Part shown: positions 28,479-38,915 of the stretch, in pieces | Position numbering within the stretch: position 1 is the first letter of the stretch | Layout: each line of letters begins with the position of its first letter | Assembly (NCBI GenBank): GCA_948470025.1 | Contig: CAOKNG010000001.1 | Span: 25,263-89,262, forward strand | From: an uncultured Clostridium sp. | Lineage (GTDB): Bacteria > Bacillota > Clostridia > TANB77 > CAG-508 | Direction: 5' to 3' | DNA length: 64,000 bases | The notes under the pieces: generated by a model | Told to the model about the DNA's origin: nothing | Databases searched by the model: none | Seen by the model: the letters and a program-made list of their open reading frames with translations, nothing else | Made by a program: the position numbers and the translations under genes

Positions 28479-30707
28479 ATGAGAATAGGGGATATTGTTT
28501 CATTATTAAAAGAATATGCTGTTTTAGGATTGGTGGCAGTTGTATTATGTGGAGTGTTGTTTTTGGTGGGATATAAAGTGGTGTATCAAAAGATGATGAA
28601 AGGGACTAAAACAATTTCGAAAAAGAAAATGTTACTATATGGAGTTACGATAATATATGCAATTGTAGTCTTAGGTGCCGTATTTTTAAATCGTAGTAAT
28701 TTATATGGTAGTGCTAATTTCCAGTTGTTTAGCTCATACAAGGAAGCGTATCACAAAATGGAAATAGCATTATTTCGAAATAATGTCTTAAATATTTTGC
28801 TATTTGTGCCATTTGGATTTTTGTTACCACTATATAGCGAGCATTTTCGAAGAATATATAAAGTGGTTTTGATAGGGCTATTTACGACCGTTATTATTGA
28901 AACCTTGCAATGTGTAACGAAAATAGGGATTTTTGAAATTGATGATATTTTTAATAATACCATGGGAGTATTAATCGGTTGCTGTTTTTGGAAAATAGGA
29001 AATTGCATATATAAGAAAGAGAAATATCAATATATAATAGGTTATGTATTGCCAATGGTAATAGTAATCGCAGGATTTGTAGGTATGCACATACAATATG
29101 AAAGTCAAGAATTAGGAAATTTATCGTTTGAATACAATACAAAAGTAAATATGAAATCTGTTCAACTTGAAAAGAAAGTGAACTTATCAAAACAAAGACA
29201 ATTAAAAGATATTTATTATATTACCCCATTAACGCAAGAACAAACAAGAAAGAAAGCAGATATGTTTTTTGAAAAATTAGGAACAAAAACCAGTGAAGAT
29301 GATACGGATATTTATGAAAATACCGCAATTTATTATTCTACAAACCGAGAATATAATATTTGGGTTGAATTCCAAGATGGAAGCTATTCCTTTACCGATT
29401 TTTCTCACTTTGGGAAAGGGCAAGAAGAGCAAGTAGAAAAGAAATCAAAGGCAAGTAGAGAAGAAGTAGAGACGGCATTAGAAAAAGTAGGAGTGACTAT
29501 TCCTGAAACGGCAACCTTTAAGGAAGAAGAGAATGCATATCGTTTTTCTATTAATATGCAAATAGAAGGGGACACTTTGCAAAATGGGGATATTACTTGT
29601 ACTTATTATGAAGATGGTACTATTCAAAACATAAGAAACAACTGTGTTACCTATGAAAAAGTAAAAGAGAAACAAATTATTAGCGAAGAAGAAGCCTATA
29701 TGGAAATTGTAAATGGAAGATTTCAATACGATAACCACCTAGGAAAACTTAAAACAGTGACAATTGAAGAGGTAAAATTAACTTATGACTTAGACTCAAA
29801 AGGATATTATGTACCAGTCTATGCATTTCAAACAAATATAAACGGACAAAGCCAAGAAATAAAAATAAAGGCAGTTAGCAAAACAGAGGAAGAAATCACA
29901 AGCCAGAATATGCATACAGGAGAAATAGCAGACCTTGAAATTGTATCGTATCAAGGAACATTTTATGCCAAAGGAGTTGTAGTAAGACCAGAAGTAGAAG
30001 AATTAACCATAATGCCGATTGTTTCAAATGAGGAATATCGATTTGAAGAAAAATTTTATTATGAGAATATGCAAGTTGTAAACTTAAAACAAGGACAAGA
30101 AGTTATTGTAAGATTTCATTATCGAAATGCAAAAGGAGTCTATTTACATGAGCCTGTGATTGAACAAGTAGAAATCATAAAGGAAAAAAGTGAAATAGAA
30201 ATACCAAGAGACATTTTAGTAAAAGCATATAGTTCAGAAGATAAGGTATCTATTGCGATTCATCAAGAAAAAAGCAATACTCAAAAATTAGAATGTACCA
30301 TAACAGATAATAACGATTTTAAATATGATTATTCGACAATGGAATATACGCTATATCGTTATAATCCACCACCAAAGAAGACAGAAGTTACCTATACAAA
30401 CTATGTAACAAGTACTGCACCATATGACCCATGGCCAGAAGTTCAAAAAATAAGCAATATATCCACACAAAACCAATACACCTTGGACTCAAATGGACAA
30501 CTATCAATAAAATTAGATTGGTCGGAAATTTATGGAGAATTAGGAGAAGGAAAATACAAACTAACTTTTGCTACAATAAGTACCAAGAGGCAAAGTATTA
30601 TAAATCCACAAGCCACCGATTATCCATGTGATGGGATTGTGATTGATATTGAATTTACAATTGATGAAAAGAGTCAAATAACTTTTGGAGAAATAAAAGT
30701 AAGGTAA
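28479..30707 (+). CDS. VanZ-like membrane domain fused to a large extracellular domain
   Basis: The N-terminal VanZ pattern is present (NILLFVPFGFLLP ... ETLQ ... FEIDDIFNNTMGVLIG). About 550 aa of non-membrane sequence follow. Confidence 0.65.
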   Translation: MRIGDIVSLLKEYAVLGLVAVVLCGVLFLVGYKVVYQKMMKGTKTISKKKMLLYGVTIIYAIVVLGAVFLNRSNLYGSANFQLFSSYKEAYHKMEIALFRNNVLNILLFVPFGFLLPLYSEHFRRIYKVVLIGLFTTVIIETLQCVTKIGIFEIDDIFNNTMGVLIGCCFWKIGNCIYKKEKYQYIIGYVLPMVIVIAGFVGMHIQYESQELGNLSFEYNTKVNMKSVQLEKKVNLSKQRQLKDIYYITPLTQEQTRKKADMFFEKLGTKTSEDDTDIYENTAIYYSTNREYNIWVEFQDGSYSFTDFSHFGKGQEEQVEKKSKASREEVETALEKVGVTIPETATFKEEENAYRFSINMQIEGDTLQNGDITCTYYEDGTIQNIRNNCVTYEKVKEKQIISEEEAYMEIVNGRFQYDNHLGKLKTVTIEEVKLTYDLDSKGYYVPVYAFQTNINGQSQEIKIKAVSKTEEEITSQNMHTGEIADLEIVSYQGTFYAKGVVVRPEVEELTIMPIVSNEEYRFEEKFYYENMQVVNLKQGQEVIVRFHYRNAKGVYLHEPVIEQVEIIKEKSEIEIPRDILVKAYSSEDKVSIAIHQEKSNTQKLECTITDNNDFKYDYSTMEYTLYRYNPPPKKTEVTYTNYVTSTAPYDPWPEVQKISNISTQNQYTLDSNGQLSIKLDWSEIYGELGEGKYKLTFATISTKRQSIINPQATDYPCDGIVIDIEFTIDEKSQITFGEIKVR

Positions 30708-30782
30708 AAAGTAAATTCGCTATTTGTGGGGTGTTCATTTTTTAGTTAATTTGTTACTCTTAATACGAAAGGAGTAGAAAAT

Positions 30783-31932
30783 ATGGATGTGATTAAAATT
30801 GGAAAATTTATTGCTACAAATCGTAAGGAGAAAAAATTAACGCAAGAGCAATTAGCAGAAAAATTAGGGGTAACTGCAAAAACAATTTCAAGATGGGAAA
30901 ATGGGAATTATATGCCAGATATTTCGTTATTGCAACCATTAAGCGAAGAATTAGGAATTACGTTAAATGATTTGCTTAGTGGTCAAAAGGTGGCAAAAGA
31001 GGAGTATCAAGAAAAACTAGAAGAAAATATGGTAAATACACTTGACTTTACCAATCAAAAAATGAAGGAAAAAAATAAAAGAATAGGGCAAATGATATTT
31101 TTCTTTGGAATAGGGCTTGTGTTTATGGCATTTACAGTATTTCCAGAAGAAAGTAGTTGGGGAAGTATATATGCTATTTTAGGAATGTTGATTTCAAGTG
31201 TTGGCATTTGGGGACAAAACAAGGAAAAGTCGTATCAAAAAAGAATTGCCATGACATTACGGTTATTTTATTATTGCTTTTAGCATACTACTTGGAATTG
31301 ACTGGGCAAATGTAAATATAAATCATGTACCACCAAGGTTTTCCTATTTAATTGAAACTGGTGACGAAATGATGGTGTATCAATCACTATTTTGCAATGT
31401 ATATCGAGTGAATCAAAATACGAAAAATGAGTATTACATTGTAGATAATAAAAAGCAATATACAGAAGATACCCTTCCATTAACCCCATTTAACCGCAAA
31501 AAATCTGGAATTGACAATATTATTCAATATAAAAATAAGTATGTTGGGAACAATAGTAATGATAGCAATTTAATTGAAAAACTGCCACTTTCGGAATATG
31601 GCTATGTGATTGAAATTGATTCTGAAAATTTAGGTTTAACGATTGATTATCATGTAACAGATTGGTATATTAATGAAAACCAATATTTGGAAAAGAGTTT
31701 GTTATATAACGCAACGTCAATTTTTTTGCTAATTGATAATGTACAAGAAATAACCTTTCATTTTAGCGGTAAATCATATCAAGTAACTAGAAAACAAATA
31801 GAAGAGTACTATCCAAACTATAAGGAAATAGCAGGAAATGAAATTGATAAAGAAAAGTTTAATCAATATGTAGAAAACAAAATGAAGGATGAGGAATTTA
31901 TACAGAAGGTATTTCGAGAAGTATTTGCTTAA
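30783..31932 (+). CDS. XRE-family HTH membrane protein with a DUF4825-like C-terminal domain, interrupted by a +1 transition at in-frame CGG 31260-31262
   Basis: HTH LTQEQLAEKLGVTAKTISRWENG. ORF 30783..31283 joins ORF 31369..31932 as ...RIAMTL[C]GYFIIAFSILLGIDWANVNINHVPPRFSYLIETGDEMMVYQS... The +1 frame is open from 31261 to 31369. Confidence 0.7.
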
Positions 31933-31948
31933 GCAAAGGAGGAAAGAT

Positions 31949-32509
31949 ATGTCTGAGAAAGAGAAGATGTTACGAGGCGAGTTGTATGATGCTAATTTTA
32001 ATGAGGATTTAATAAAGGAACGTTATGATGTGAAAGATAAGTGTTTTCAGTATAACCAAATACCACCATCAAATATGCAAGCAAGAAAGGAATTAATGAA
32101 AACAATATTAGGGAAAACAAAAGGGGATTTTTTAATAGAACAACCCTTTTGGTGTGATTATGGATATAATATTAAAATTGGGGAGAACTTTTATGCAAAC
32201 CATAACTTAGTAATATTGGATGGTAATAAAGTAACCTTTGGTGATAATGTATTTATTGCACCAAATTGTGGGTTTTATACAGCAGGTCATCCATTAGATT
32301 ATGAAACGCGAAATAAAGGACTAGAATATGCAAAGCCAATTAAAGTAGGAAATAATGTATGGATTGGCGGAAATGTTGTTGTTCTTCCAGGAGTTACAAT
32401 TGGAGATGGGGCTGTAATAGGAGCAGGAAGTGTTGTAACAAAAGATATTCCAGAAAATGTAGTAGCAGTAGGAAATCCGGCAAGAGTGGTAAAGAAAATT
32501 GATAAATGA
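31949..32509 (+). CDS. maa: maltose/galactoside O-acetyltransferase (hexapeptide repeat)
   Basis: ATG 31949 follows AAAGGAGGAAAG. N-terminal MSEKEKMLRGELYDA motif and left-handed beta-helix repeats (IGNNVWIGGNVVVLPGVTIGDGAVIGAGSVV). Confidence 0.8.
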   Translation: MSEKEKMLRGELYDANFNEDLIKERYDVKDKCFQYNQIPPSNMQARKELMKTILGKTKGDFLIEQPFWCDYGYNIKIGENFYANHNLVILDGNKVTFGDNVFIAPNCGFYTAGHPLDYETRNKGLEYAKPIKVGNNVWIGGNVVVLPGVTIGDGAVIGAGSVVTKDIPENVVAVGNPARVVKKIDK

Positions 32510-32592
32510 TGAATAAATCAATACAATGGAAGGCGTAATAAGAGAATTAAAATAATCCACCGATAAAAAACGATGGATTATTTTAAACAGAC

Positions 32593-32790
32593 TTATTTAA
32601 GTCTATCCTTTAAAAGTTCCTCTGTTTCAGCTGTTTTAGAAACTCTGGTTTCCTTTCCACAGTGAGGACAGTTCGTGACTACCCGCATAAAACCTAATCC
32701 GCCAGAAGCATAGCGAATAATTCTAGGAACTTCTGCAGCTATCGGAAATCTTTGATAGCAATGGTCGCAAAGAATTTCAACTTTTTTCAT
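32593..32790 (-). CDS. small zinc-ribbon protein (65 aa), hypothetical; contains an in-frame CGG with no frame change
   Basis: ATG 32790 follows GGAGG. CDHC...CPHC paired CxxC motifs. CGG at 32685-32683 (ATG CGG GTA). A +1 shift there would stop immediately (GGG TAG), before the second CxxC. Confidence 0.5.
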   Translation of the reverse strand: MKKVEILCDHCYQRFPIAAEVPRIIRYASGGLGFMRVVTNCPHCGKETRVSKTAETEELLKDRLK

Positions 32791-32945
32791 TGCATTATAC
32801 CTCCATAATTTGATGAATAAAGCATAACATAGTTTTATGTAAATGTAAAGAGGTAGTAGTAAAGAAATAGAAAAAAACAAAAGCAATTGATGTAAATTTA
32901 GTAGAAGAATTGAAAAATATATAGAATATAGAGAGGAAAAAGACA

Positions 32946-33263
32946 ATGGCAACAACGAATGAGTATATTGAATATGTTTGTGAACAAATAAAAGGGATTG
33001 GAGAAATACGATATAAGAAAATGTTTGGGGAATTTATGGTTTATGTGAATGATAAACCAGTTATTATTGTTTGCGACAATGTGCCTTTTGTAAAAAAACT
33101 AGATTGTATTGAAGAAATAATGAACCAAGCAGAAGTAGGGTGTCCATATAAAGGAGCGAAAGAACACTATGTATTAGATATTGATAATCCAGAGTTTTGT
33201 AAAATGGTTGTATCAGAAATAGAAAAAGTAACACCAATACCAAAGCCAAGAAAAAAGAAGTAA
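32946..33263 (+). CDS. TfoX N-terminal domain protein
   Basis: MFGEFMVYVNDKPVIIVCDN... fits the TfoX_N pattern. Confidence 0.7.
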   Translation: MATTNEYIEYVCEQIKGIGEIRYKKMFGEFMVYVNDKPVIIVCDNVPFVKKLDCIEEIMNQAEVGCPYKGAKEHYVLDIDNPEFCKMVVSEIEKVTPIPKPRKKK

Positions 33264-33372
33264 CTAAAATTAGAAAAAAGATAACAACTATTTTTTAAAC
33301 CAGACAATTAATTGCTAATTGTCTGGTTTTATGATAGGATAGAGAAAAATAATTTATAGGGAGGAATACAAT

Positions 33373-34086
33373 ATGAATCTAAAAAATAAAGTAGCGATTG
33401 TAACTGGTGGAAGTAATGGGATTGGTGAAGCTATTGCAAATAAATTAAAAGAATTAGGAGCTAAAGTAATTATATTTGATGTAAAAGAACCGAAATCTAC
33501 ATTTGAGTACTATAAAGTAAATATAGCCAAAGACAATGAAATAAAAACAGCGGTTGATTTAATAGATAAAGTAGATATATTAGTTAATAATGCAGGAATA
33601 TATTTTGAAAAATATATTGAACAAACTACAGATGAAGATATAGATAATATGGTTGATGTAAATATAAAGGGAACATTTAAAGTTACAAGAAATTTAATAG
33701 ATAAATTAAAAGAAAGCAAAGGATGCATTGTGAATATTGCCTCTTGTTTGGGATTAGTTCCAGAGTTAACATCACCTTTATATTGTACAACAAAAGCTGG
33801 AATTATAATGTTTACTAAATGTTTAGCACAAGAATATGCAAATTTAGGAGTTAGGGTCAATTGTGTTTTACCAGGTCCAATTTTAACAGAACTATTGGAA
33901 ACAAGTTTTAAAAATGAAGAACAGAAAATAAAATGTTCGAATAGAATTCCTATTAAAAGAATTGGAACTCCAAATGAAGTTGCAAATGTAGTTGCTTTTT
34001 TAAGTAGTGATGAATCTTCATATGTAACAGGAGGAATTTATACAGTAGATGGTGGAGTTTCTACATCTAGCATTTATTCTAAATAG
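33373..34086 (+). CDS. short-chain dehydrogenase/reductase (FabG-like)
   Basis: TGGSNGIG cofactor motif, NNAG, and the catalytic YxxxK (YCTTKAG). Confidence 0.85.
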   Translation: MNLKNKVAIVTGGSNGIGEAIANKLKELGAKVIIFDVKEPKSTFEYYKVNIAKDNEIKTAVDLIDKVDILVNNAGIYFEKYIEQTTDEDIDNMVDVNIKGTFKVTRNLIDKLKESKGCIVNIASCLGLVPELTSPLYCTTKAGIIMFTKCLAQEYANLGVRVNCVLPGPILTELLETSFKNEEQKIKCSNRIPIKRIGTPNEVANVVAFLSSDESSYVTGGIYTVDGGVSTSSIYSK

Positions 34087-34133
34087 GCTTTATTACATAA
34101 ACATATTTATCATATAGACTAGGAGGTGGAAAA

Positions 34134-35627
34134 GTGTCTTTGATTAATGTAAATGATTTAACATTTGGCTATGATGGAAGTTTTGAAAAGGTATTTGAGG
34201 ATGTGTCTTTTCATATTGATACGGATTGGAAATTGGGATTAATTGGGCGAAATGGAAAAGGGAAAACGACTTTTTTGAAATTGTTACTTGGAGAGTATGA
34301 GTATAAGGGAACGATTGCAAAGAAAGTAGAGTTTGATTATTTTCCTTTTGAAGTAAAAAATAAAGAAAAAATGGCAATAGAGATTGTAAATGAGATTGTT
34401 CCTCAGGTAGAGGATTGGGAAATTATTAAGGAATTAGCACTATTACATAGTGAAGCAGAAATTCTTTATCGAAAATTTTGCTTATTAAGTGGTGGAGAAC
34501 AAGTAAAAATACTGTTAATTAGTTTGTTTTTAAAAGGAAATCGCTTTTTATTGATTGACGAACCAACCAATCATTTAGACTATGAAACAAGAAATCATTT
34601 AGTAGAATACTTAAAGAAAAAGAAAGGTTTCATTTTAGTATCACATGAGAGGGATTTTTTAGATAAAGTAGTAGACCATATTATAGCGATTAATAATACA
34701 AATATTGAAATTCAAAAAGGAAACTTTTCCTCTTGGTATGAAAACAAACAAGCTAGGGATAAGTTTGAATTAACACAAAATGAAAAATTGGAAAAAGATA
34801 TTAATCGATTAGAAATTGCTTCTAAAAATACGGCAAATTGGTCAAATAAAATAGAGAAATCGAAATATCATACAAGTCATCCAAATGAATTTATTGACAG
34901 AGGTTATATAGGACACGAGTCCGCTAAAATGATGAAAAAATCTAAAGTAATGGAAAAAAGAATTGAAAAATCGATAGAGGAAAAAGCGGGATTATTACAT
35001 AATATTGACCGAAATGATGGTTTAAAAATCGTATCATTAGAAAGCCGAAAATCGCCATACATTCTAGCAAACGGATTACAAATTAAATATGAGGATAAGG
35101 CAATTTTCAAGAAGCAATCATTCGTAGTTGAAAATGGAGACAGAATTGCAATTAAAGGAAAAAATGGAGTCGGAAAATCAAGTTTATTAAAATTAATATT
35201 GGGAAACGAGATACCATATGACGGCAATATAAAGGTAGGAACCGATTTTATAATATCGTATGTGTCCCAAAATACAGAAGAGTTAAAAGAAAATTTGAAA
35301 GAATTTCGAATACAAAATAAAATTGATGAAAGTATTTTTAAAGCAATGCTATCAAAAATGGGATTTTCGAAACTAGACTTTGAAAAAGACATAAGCCATA
35401 TGAGTGAAGGGCAAAAGAAAAAGGTATTAATCGCAAAAAGTATTTCCCAAAGAGCACATATTTATTTATGGGACGAACCATTAAATTACATTGATATTCT
35501 AACTAGAATTCAAATCGAAGAAGCAATTTTAAAATATACCCCTACCATGATTTTTGTAGAACATGATAAAATGTTTGTAGAAAAGGTAGCTACAAAGGTT
35601 ATACAGTTAGAAAATGAAACATGTTAA
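34134..35627 (+). CDS. ABC-F protein, Lsa-like (putative ribosomal protection)
   Basis: GTG 34134 follows GGAGGTGGA. Two cassettes (GRNGKGKTT/LSGGEQ/LLIDEPTNHLD and GKNGVGKSS/MSEGQKKK/YLWDEPLNYID) with a linker and no TM domain. It resembles Lsa as I recall it. Confidence 0.8.
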   Translation: MSLINVNDLTFGYDGSFEKVFEDVSFHIDTDWKLGLIGRNGKGKTTFLKLLLGEYEYKGTIAKKVEFDYFPFEVKNKEKMAIEIVNEIVPQVEDWEIIKELALLHSEAEILYRKFCLLSGGEQVKILLISLFLKGNRFLLIDEPTNHLDYETRNHLVEYLKKKKGFILVSHERDFLDKVVDHIIAINNTNIEIQKGNFSSWYENKQARDKFELTQNEKLEKDINRLEIASKNTANWSNKIEKSKYHTSHPNEFIDRGYIGHESAKMMKKSKVMEKRIEKSIEEKAGLLHNIDRNDGLKIVSLESRKSPYILANGLQIKYEDKAIFKKQSFVVENGDRIAIKGKNGVGKSSLLKLILGNEIPYDGNIKVGTDFIISYVSQNTEELKENLKEFRIQNKIDESIFKAMLSKMGFSKLDFEKDISHMSEGQKKKVLIAKSISQRAHIYLWDEPLNYIDILTRIQIEEAILKYTPTMIFVEHDKMFVEKVATKVIQLENETC

Positions 35628-35770
35628 AGAAAATTGTAAAAAAGTGTTGACAAAAAGAAAAATATGAAATAAAATACAAACAATGGTTCGAAAAAAGAGA
35701 AATGGATATAGTTGAATAAGTAAAAATATAGGGAATAAGAACTAAAATTTTATAAAAAGGAAGTGTTCTT

Positions 35771-36739
35771 ATGGAAGAAAAAAAGAATGAAATTATTTTA
35801 TTTGAAAATCAAGGGGTAAAATTGGAGGTGAATTTAAAAGACGAAACGGTATGGTTAAATTTGGAGCAGATGACAGAACTATTTAAAAGAGATAAATCTG
35901 TTATATCAAGACATATAAAGAATGCATTGATGGAAGAATTAAAAGATGAACAGGTTGTTGCAAAATTTGCAACAACCACTAAACATGGTGCTATTGAAGG
36001 AAAAACACAAACTCATATGGTAGATTACTACAATCTTGATATGATTATTTCAATTGGATATCGTGTAAAATCACAAAATGGTATTTTGTTTAGAAAATGG
36101 GCAACCAGTGTGCTAAAAGACTATATGCTAAAAGGATATGCAATTAACCAAAAGAGATTAGAATACCTAGAAAAAACAATAAAATTAATCGATATTGCCA
36201 ATCGAATGGATGAAAGATTAGAAAATAATGATGCAAAAGAAATATTAAAAGTAATTGGAAATTATTCAAAAGCACTTGATTTATTGGATGATTATGACCA
36301 TAGAACATTAAAGAAAATAAACGGAAATCAAGATGAAAGAAAGATTGAATATAGCCAATGTATAGAGATTATCAATAAATTGAGATTTAATGAAGAAAGC
36401 TCACTATTTGCAGTAGAAAGAGACAAAGGCTTAGAGTCCATTATCGGGAATATTTACCAAAGTTTTGCAGGACAAGATATCTATAAAAGTATAGAAGAAA
36501 AAGGAGCTAATTTCTTATACTTAATCGTAAAAAATCATGTTTTTGCAGATGGTAACAAAAGAATTGCAGCAACATTGTTCATATACTTTTTAAATTTTTA
36601 TGGTATTTTATACATAGACGGAAAACAAACAATTGATAATAACACATTAGCAGCATTAACGTTACTAATAGCAGAATCAAATCCAAAAGAAAAAGAAGTA
36701 ATTATTGATTTAGTAATGAACTTTTTGAGTAATGAATAG
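35771..36739 (+). CDS. RhuM-family protein with a C-terminal Fic/Doc domain
   Basis: N-terminal RhuM-like region (IILFENQGVKLEV...FRKWAT) and the Fic/Doc core motif HVFADGNKRIAA. Confidence 0.7.
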   Translation: MEEKKNEIILFENQGVKLEVNLKDETVWLNLEQMTELFKRDKSVISRHIKNALMEELKDEQVVAKFATTTKHGAIEGKTQTHMVDYYNLDMIISIGYRVKSQNGILFRKWATSVLKDYMLKGYAINQKRLEYLEKTIKLIDIANRMDERLENNDAKEILKVIGNYSKALDLLDDYDHRTLKKINGNQDERKIEYSQCIEIINKLRFNEESSLFAVERDKGLESIIGNIYQSFAGQDIYKSIEEKGANFLYLIVKNHVFADGNKRIAATLFIYFLNFYGILYIDGKQTIDNNTLAALTLLIAESNPKEKEVIIDLVMNFLSNE

Positions 36740-36770
36740 AAAATGTAGTAATTTTTGAGGAGGAAATATT

Positions 36771-37037
36771 ATGAAATTAAACAAAGAAAAAATTTTGAGA
36801 ATATTATTTAAATTATCATTTTTGCCATATGTGTTATTGTTCTTATTGGCAATATATAATTCGATTTTTGGATGCACAGTTATTTTATCTACTTACTATG
36901 GATTAGAAGCTTTTAAAACTACGATAGTATTATTGGGATTAGTAGGATGTACGTATTTTCCAATATTTCCCATTGTTTTTGTATATGAAATATTCTATTT
37001 AATATGGATTAAAGTTAGAAAGAATAAATATGAGTAA
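36771..37037 (+). CDS. small membrane protein, hypothetical
   Basis: 88 aa with 3 predicted TM helices. GGAGGA RBS. Confidence 0.4.
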   Translation: MKLNKEKILRILFKLSFLPYVLLFLLAIYNSIFGCTVILSTYYGLEAFKTTIVLLGLVGCTYFPIFPIVFVYEIFYLIWIKVRKNKYE

Positions 37038-37118
37038 AGTGTTAGGAAATTTACAATTTAAATTGAACAAGAAACAAGAGTGCCCTAAATGTGCTAACAT
37101 GGAATTTGGAGAAGTTGT

Positions 37119-38036
37119 ATGAAAGGTGTAAATAAGGAAGAATTACAGGATATTTTTAAGGGAATTGCTAATAAGGAAGCGAAGGATTTTAATAGGTTAT
37201 ATGAGAGATATCAGAAATTGGTTTATGGGATTTCATTTTCGATATTGAAAAATAAGGAAGATAGTGAAGAGGTTGTACAAGTGGTTTTTACGAAAATATG
37301 GGATATGCCAGTGGAGTATTTGCCTAAAAATCATGAAGCCACGTGGTTGTATCGTTTAACGAAGAATGAAACTTTGAATTTTTTGAGGAAGCAAAAAGGT
37401 ACAGTGAATATAGAAGAGTTATACTGTATTGGTGAAGAGGATAAAGAGCTAGAGGCAATTGTAGAGAAAGATACTTATAATAAGATACTTTCTAAGTTAG
37501 AAGAAAAAGACCAAGAAATTGTATCTTTAAAAATACTTTCAGACTTATCGTTTAAAGAGATTTCTAAAGTGTTAGATATGCCAATTGGAACAGTGCAGTG
37601 GCGATACTATAAAGCATTACATACATTAAAAACACTATTCGGTAGTGTATCGATGTATATTGCTACAATGATTGCATTAATAATGCAAAGGTTTCCCAAA
37701 AAGAGACAAAAAGAGCAACAAGAATTTACAAACGAAGAAATAGCACAAAAAGAAAATGAAGAGGAAGAACAACAAGAAATGGTTCAAACAGGGACAGAAG
37801 AACAAAAAAGACAAGAACCAATCGAAGATGGAATAGAAAGTGAGAAAACACAACAAGAAAATACGAATACCAATATAAAAGAAGAAATTATAATAAAACA
37901 AGAAGAAAGTGCTTTTCTAACACCAGTGGAAGTAGGACTACTTAGTTTTTCTAGTGTATTTTTAATAAGTGCCATCCTATTTTTCATTTTTTTCATAAAA
38001 CACCAACAAAAAGCAAAACGAAAAGTGTCTAAATAA
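37119..38036 (+). CDS. ECF-type sigma-70 factor fused to a C-terminal membrane anchor
   Basis: Region 2 (LYERYQKLVYGISFSIL), region 4 HTH (LSFKEISKVLDMPIGTVQWRYYKAL), then a TM helix, a Glu/Gln-rich linker and a second TM helix. Confidence 0.7.
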   Translation: MKGVNKEELQDIFKGIANKEAKDFNRLYERYQKLVYGISFSILKNKEDSEEVVQVVFTKIWDMPVEYLPKNHEATWLYRLTKNETLNFLRKQKGTVNIEELYCIGEEDKELEAIVEKDTYNKILSKLEEKDQEIVSLKILSDLSFKEISKVLDMPIGTVQWRYYKALHTLKTLFGSVSMYIATMIALIMQRFPKKRQKEQQEFTNEEIAQKENEEEEQQEMVQTGTEEQKRQEPIEDGIESEKTQQENTNTNIKEEIIIKQEESAFLTPVEVGLLSFSSVFLISAILFFIFFIKHQQKAKRKVSK

Positions 38037-38059
38037 TAGAAAGGATAAAGGTGATAAAA

Positions 38060-38830
38060 ATGAACAAAAGCATAAAAATAGGAATAGGAGTTATAGTATT
38101 TGTTGTAATTGTATTAGGAGTGATTTTTTGGATATCTTACAATAATCCAATCGATACAGAAAATAAAATGAGGGCAGATACGAATCCACAAGAAATGAAG
38201 AAGAAAGAAGAAAATGATGTGAAACAAGAATCTTTTTATGGGGTTGTAAAGCAATCCAATCAAAATAACATCATAGTAGAACCAAATGAAGGGGAAGAAA
38301 TACGAAAGTCAGCAGATAAAATATCGATTTATTTAGGAGAAGATAATGATGCATTATATGAAGTAGGGACAAATGTAAAAGTAACCTATACAGGGGAAGT
38401 CATGGAAACATATCCAGCACAAGTAAATGCGGTAAAAATAGAAATAAAATCAGCAGAAGAATTTGAAATACGTTTTTATGATAAACAGCCTCAAAACGAT
38501 GAGAAAGTGTATAAAATTATAGATAAATCTGAAGTAGAAAGATACGATTATAACATTTATACATATGATGGTTCAGTAAATATTTTGATAAACGGGGAAG
38601 AAATGTCTCTTAAAGATGCATTATTAAACAATAGAATTACAATGGATGAAATCATTGAAAAAGCAACGAAAGACTTAGATGAAAAAAAGATAAGTGGCAA
38701 TATGTACCGAGATGGTGGAAGTATAATGTATCAATATGAAAATTATACGATTATAAAATGTCATACTTTAGACGGAAACAGAGATGTTTATATTGGAAGC
38801 AAAGGAATGTCAATTAACGATGTAATCTAG
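38060..38830 (+). CDS. membrane-anchored hypothetical protein
   Basis: ATG 38060 follows AAAGGTGA. N-terminal TM anchor. It sits immediately downstream of the sigma gene. Confidence 0.5.
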   Translation: MNKSIKIGIGVIVFVVIVLGVIFWISYNNPIDTENKMRADTNPQEMKKKEENDVKQESFYGVVKQSNQNNIIVEPNEGEEIRKSADKISIYLGEDNDALYEVGTNVKVTYTGEVMETYPAQVNAVKIEIKSAEEFEIRFYDKQPQNDEKVYKIIDKSEVERYDYNIYTYDGSVNILINGEEMSLKDALLNNRITMDEIIEKATKDLDEKKISGNMYRDGGSIMYQYENYTIIKCHTLDGNRDVYIGSKGMSINDVI

Positions 38831-38915
38831 GTAACAAAAAAGGACAGATTGAAAATATCTGTCTTTTATGTTATGATTATGGCAAAATATGCAAGGGAGT
38901 TGTAAGGGAAAACAG

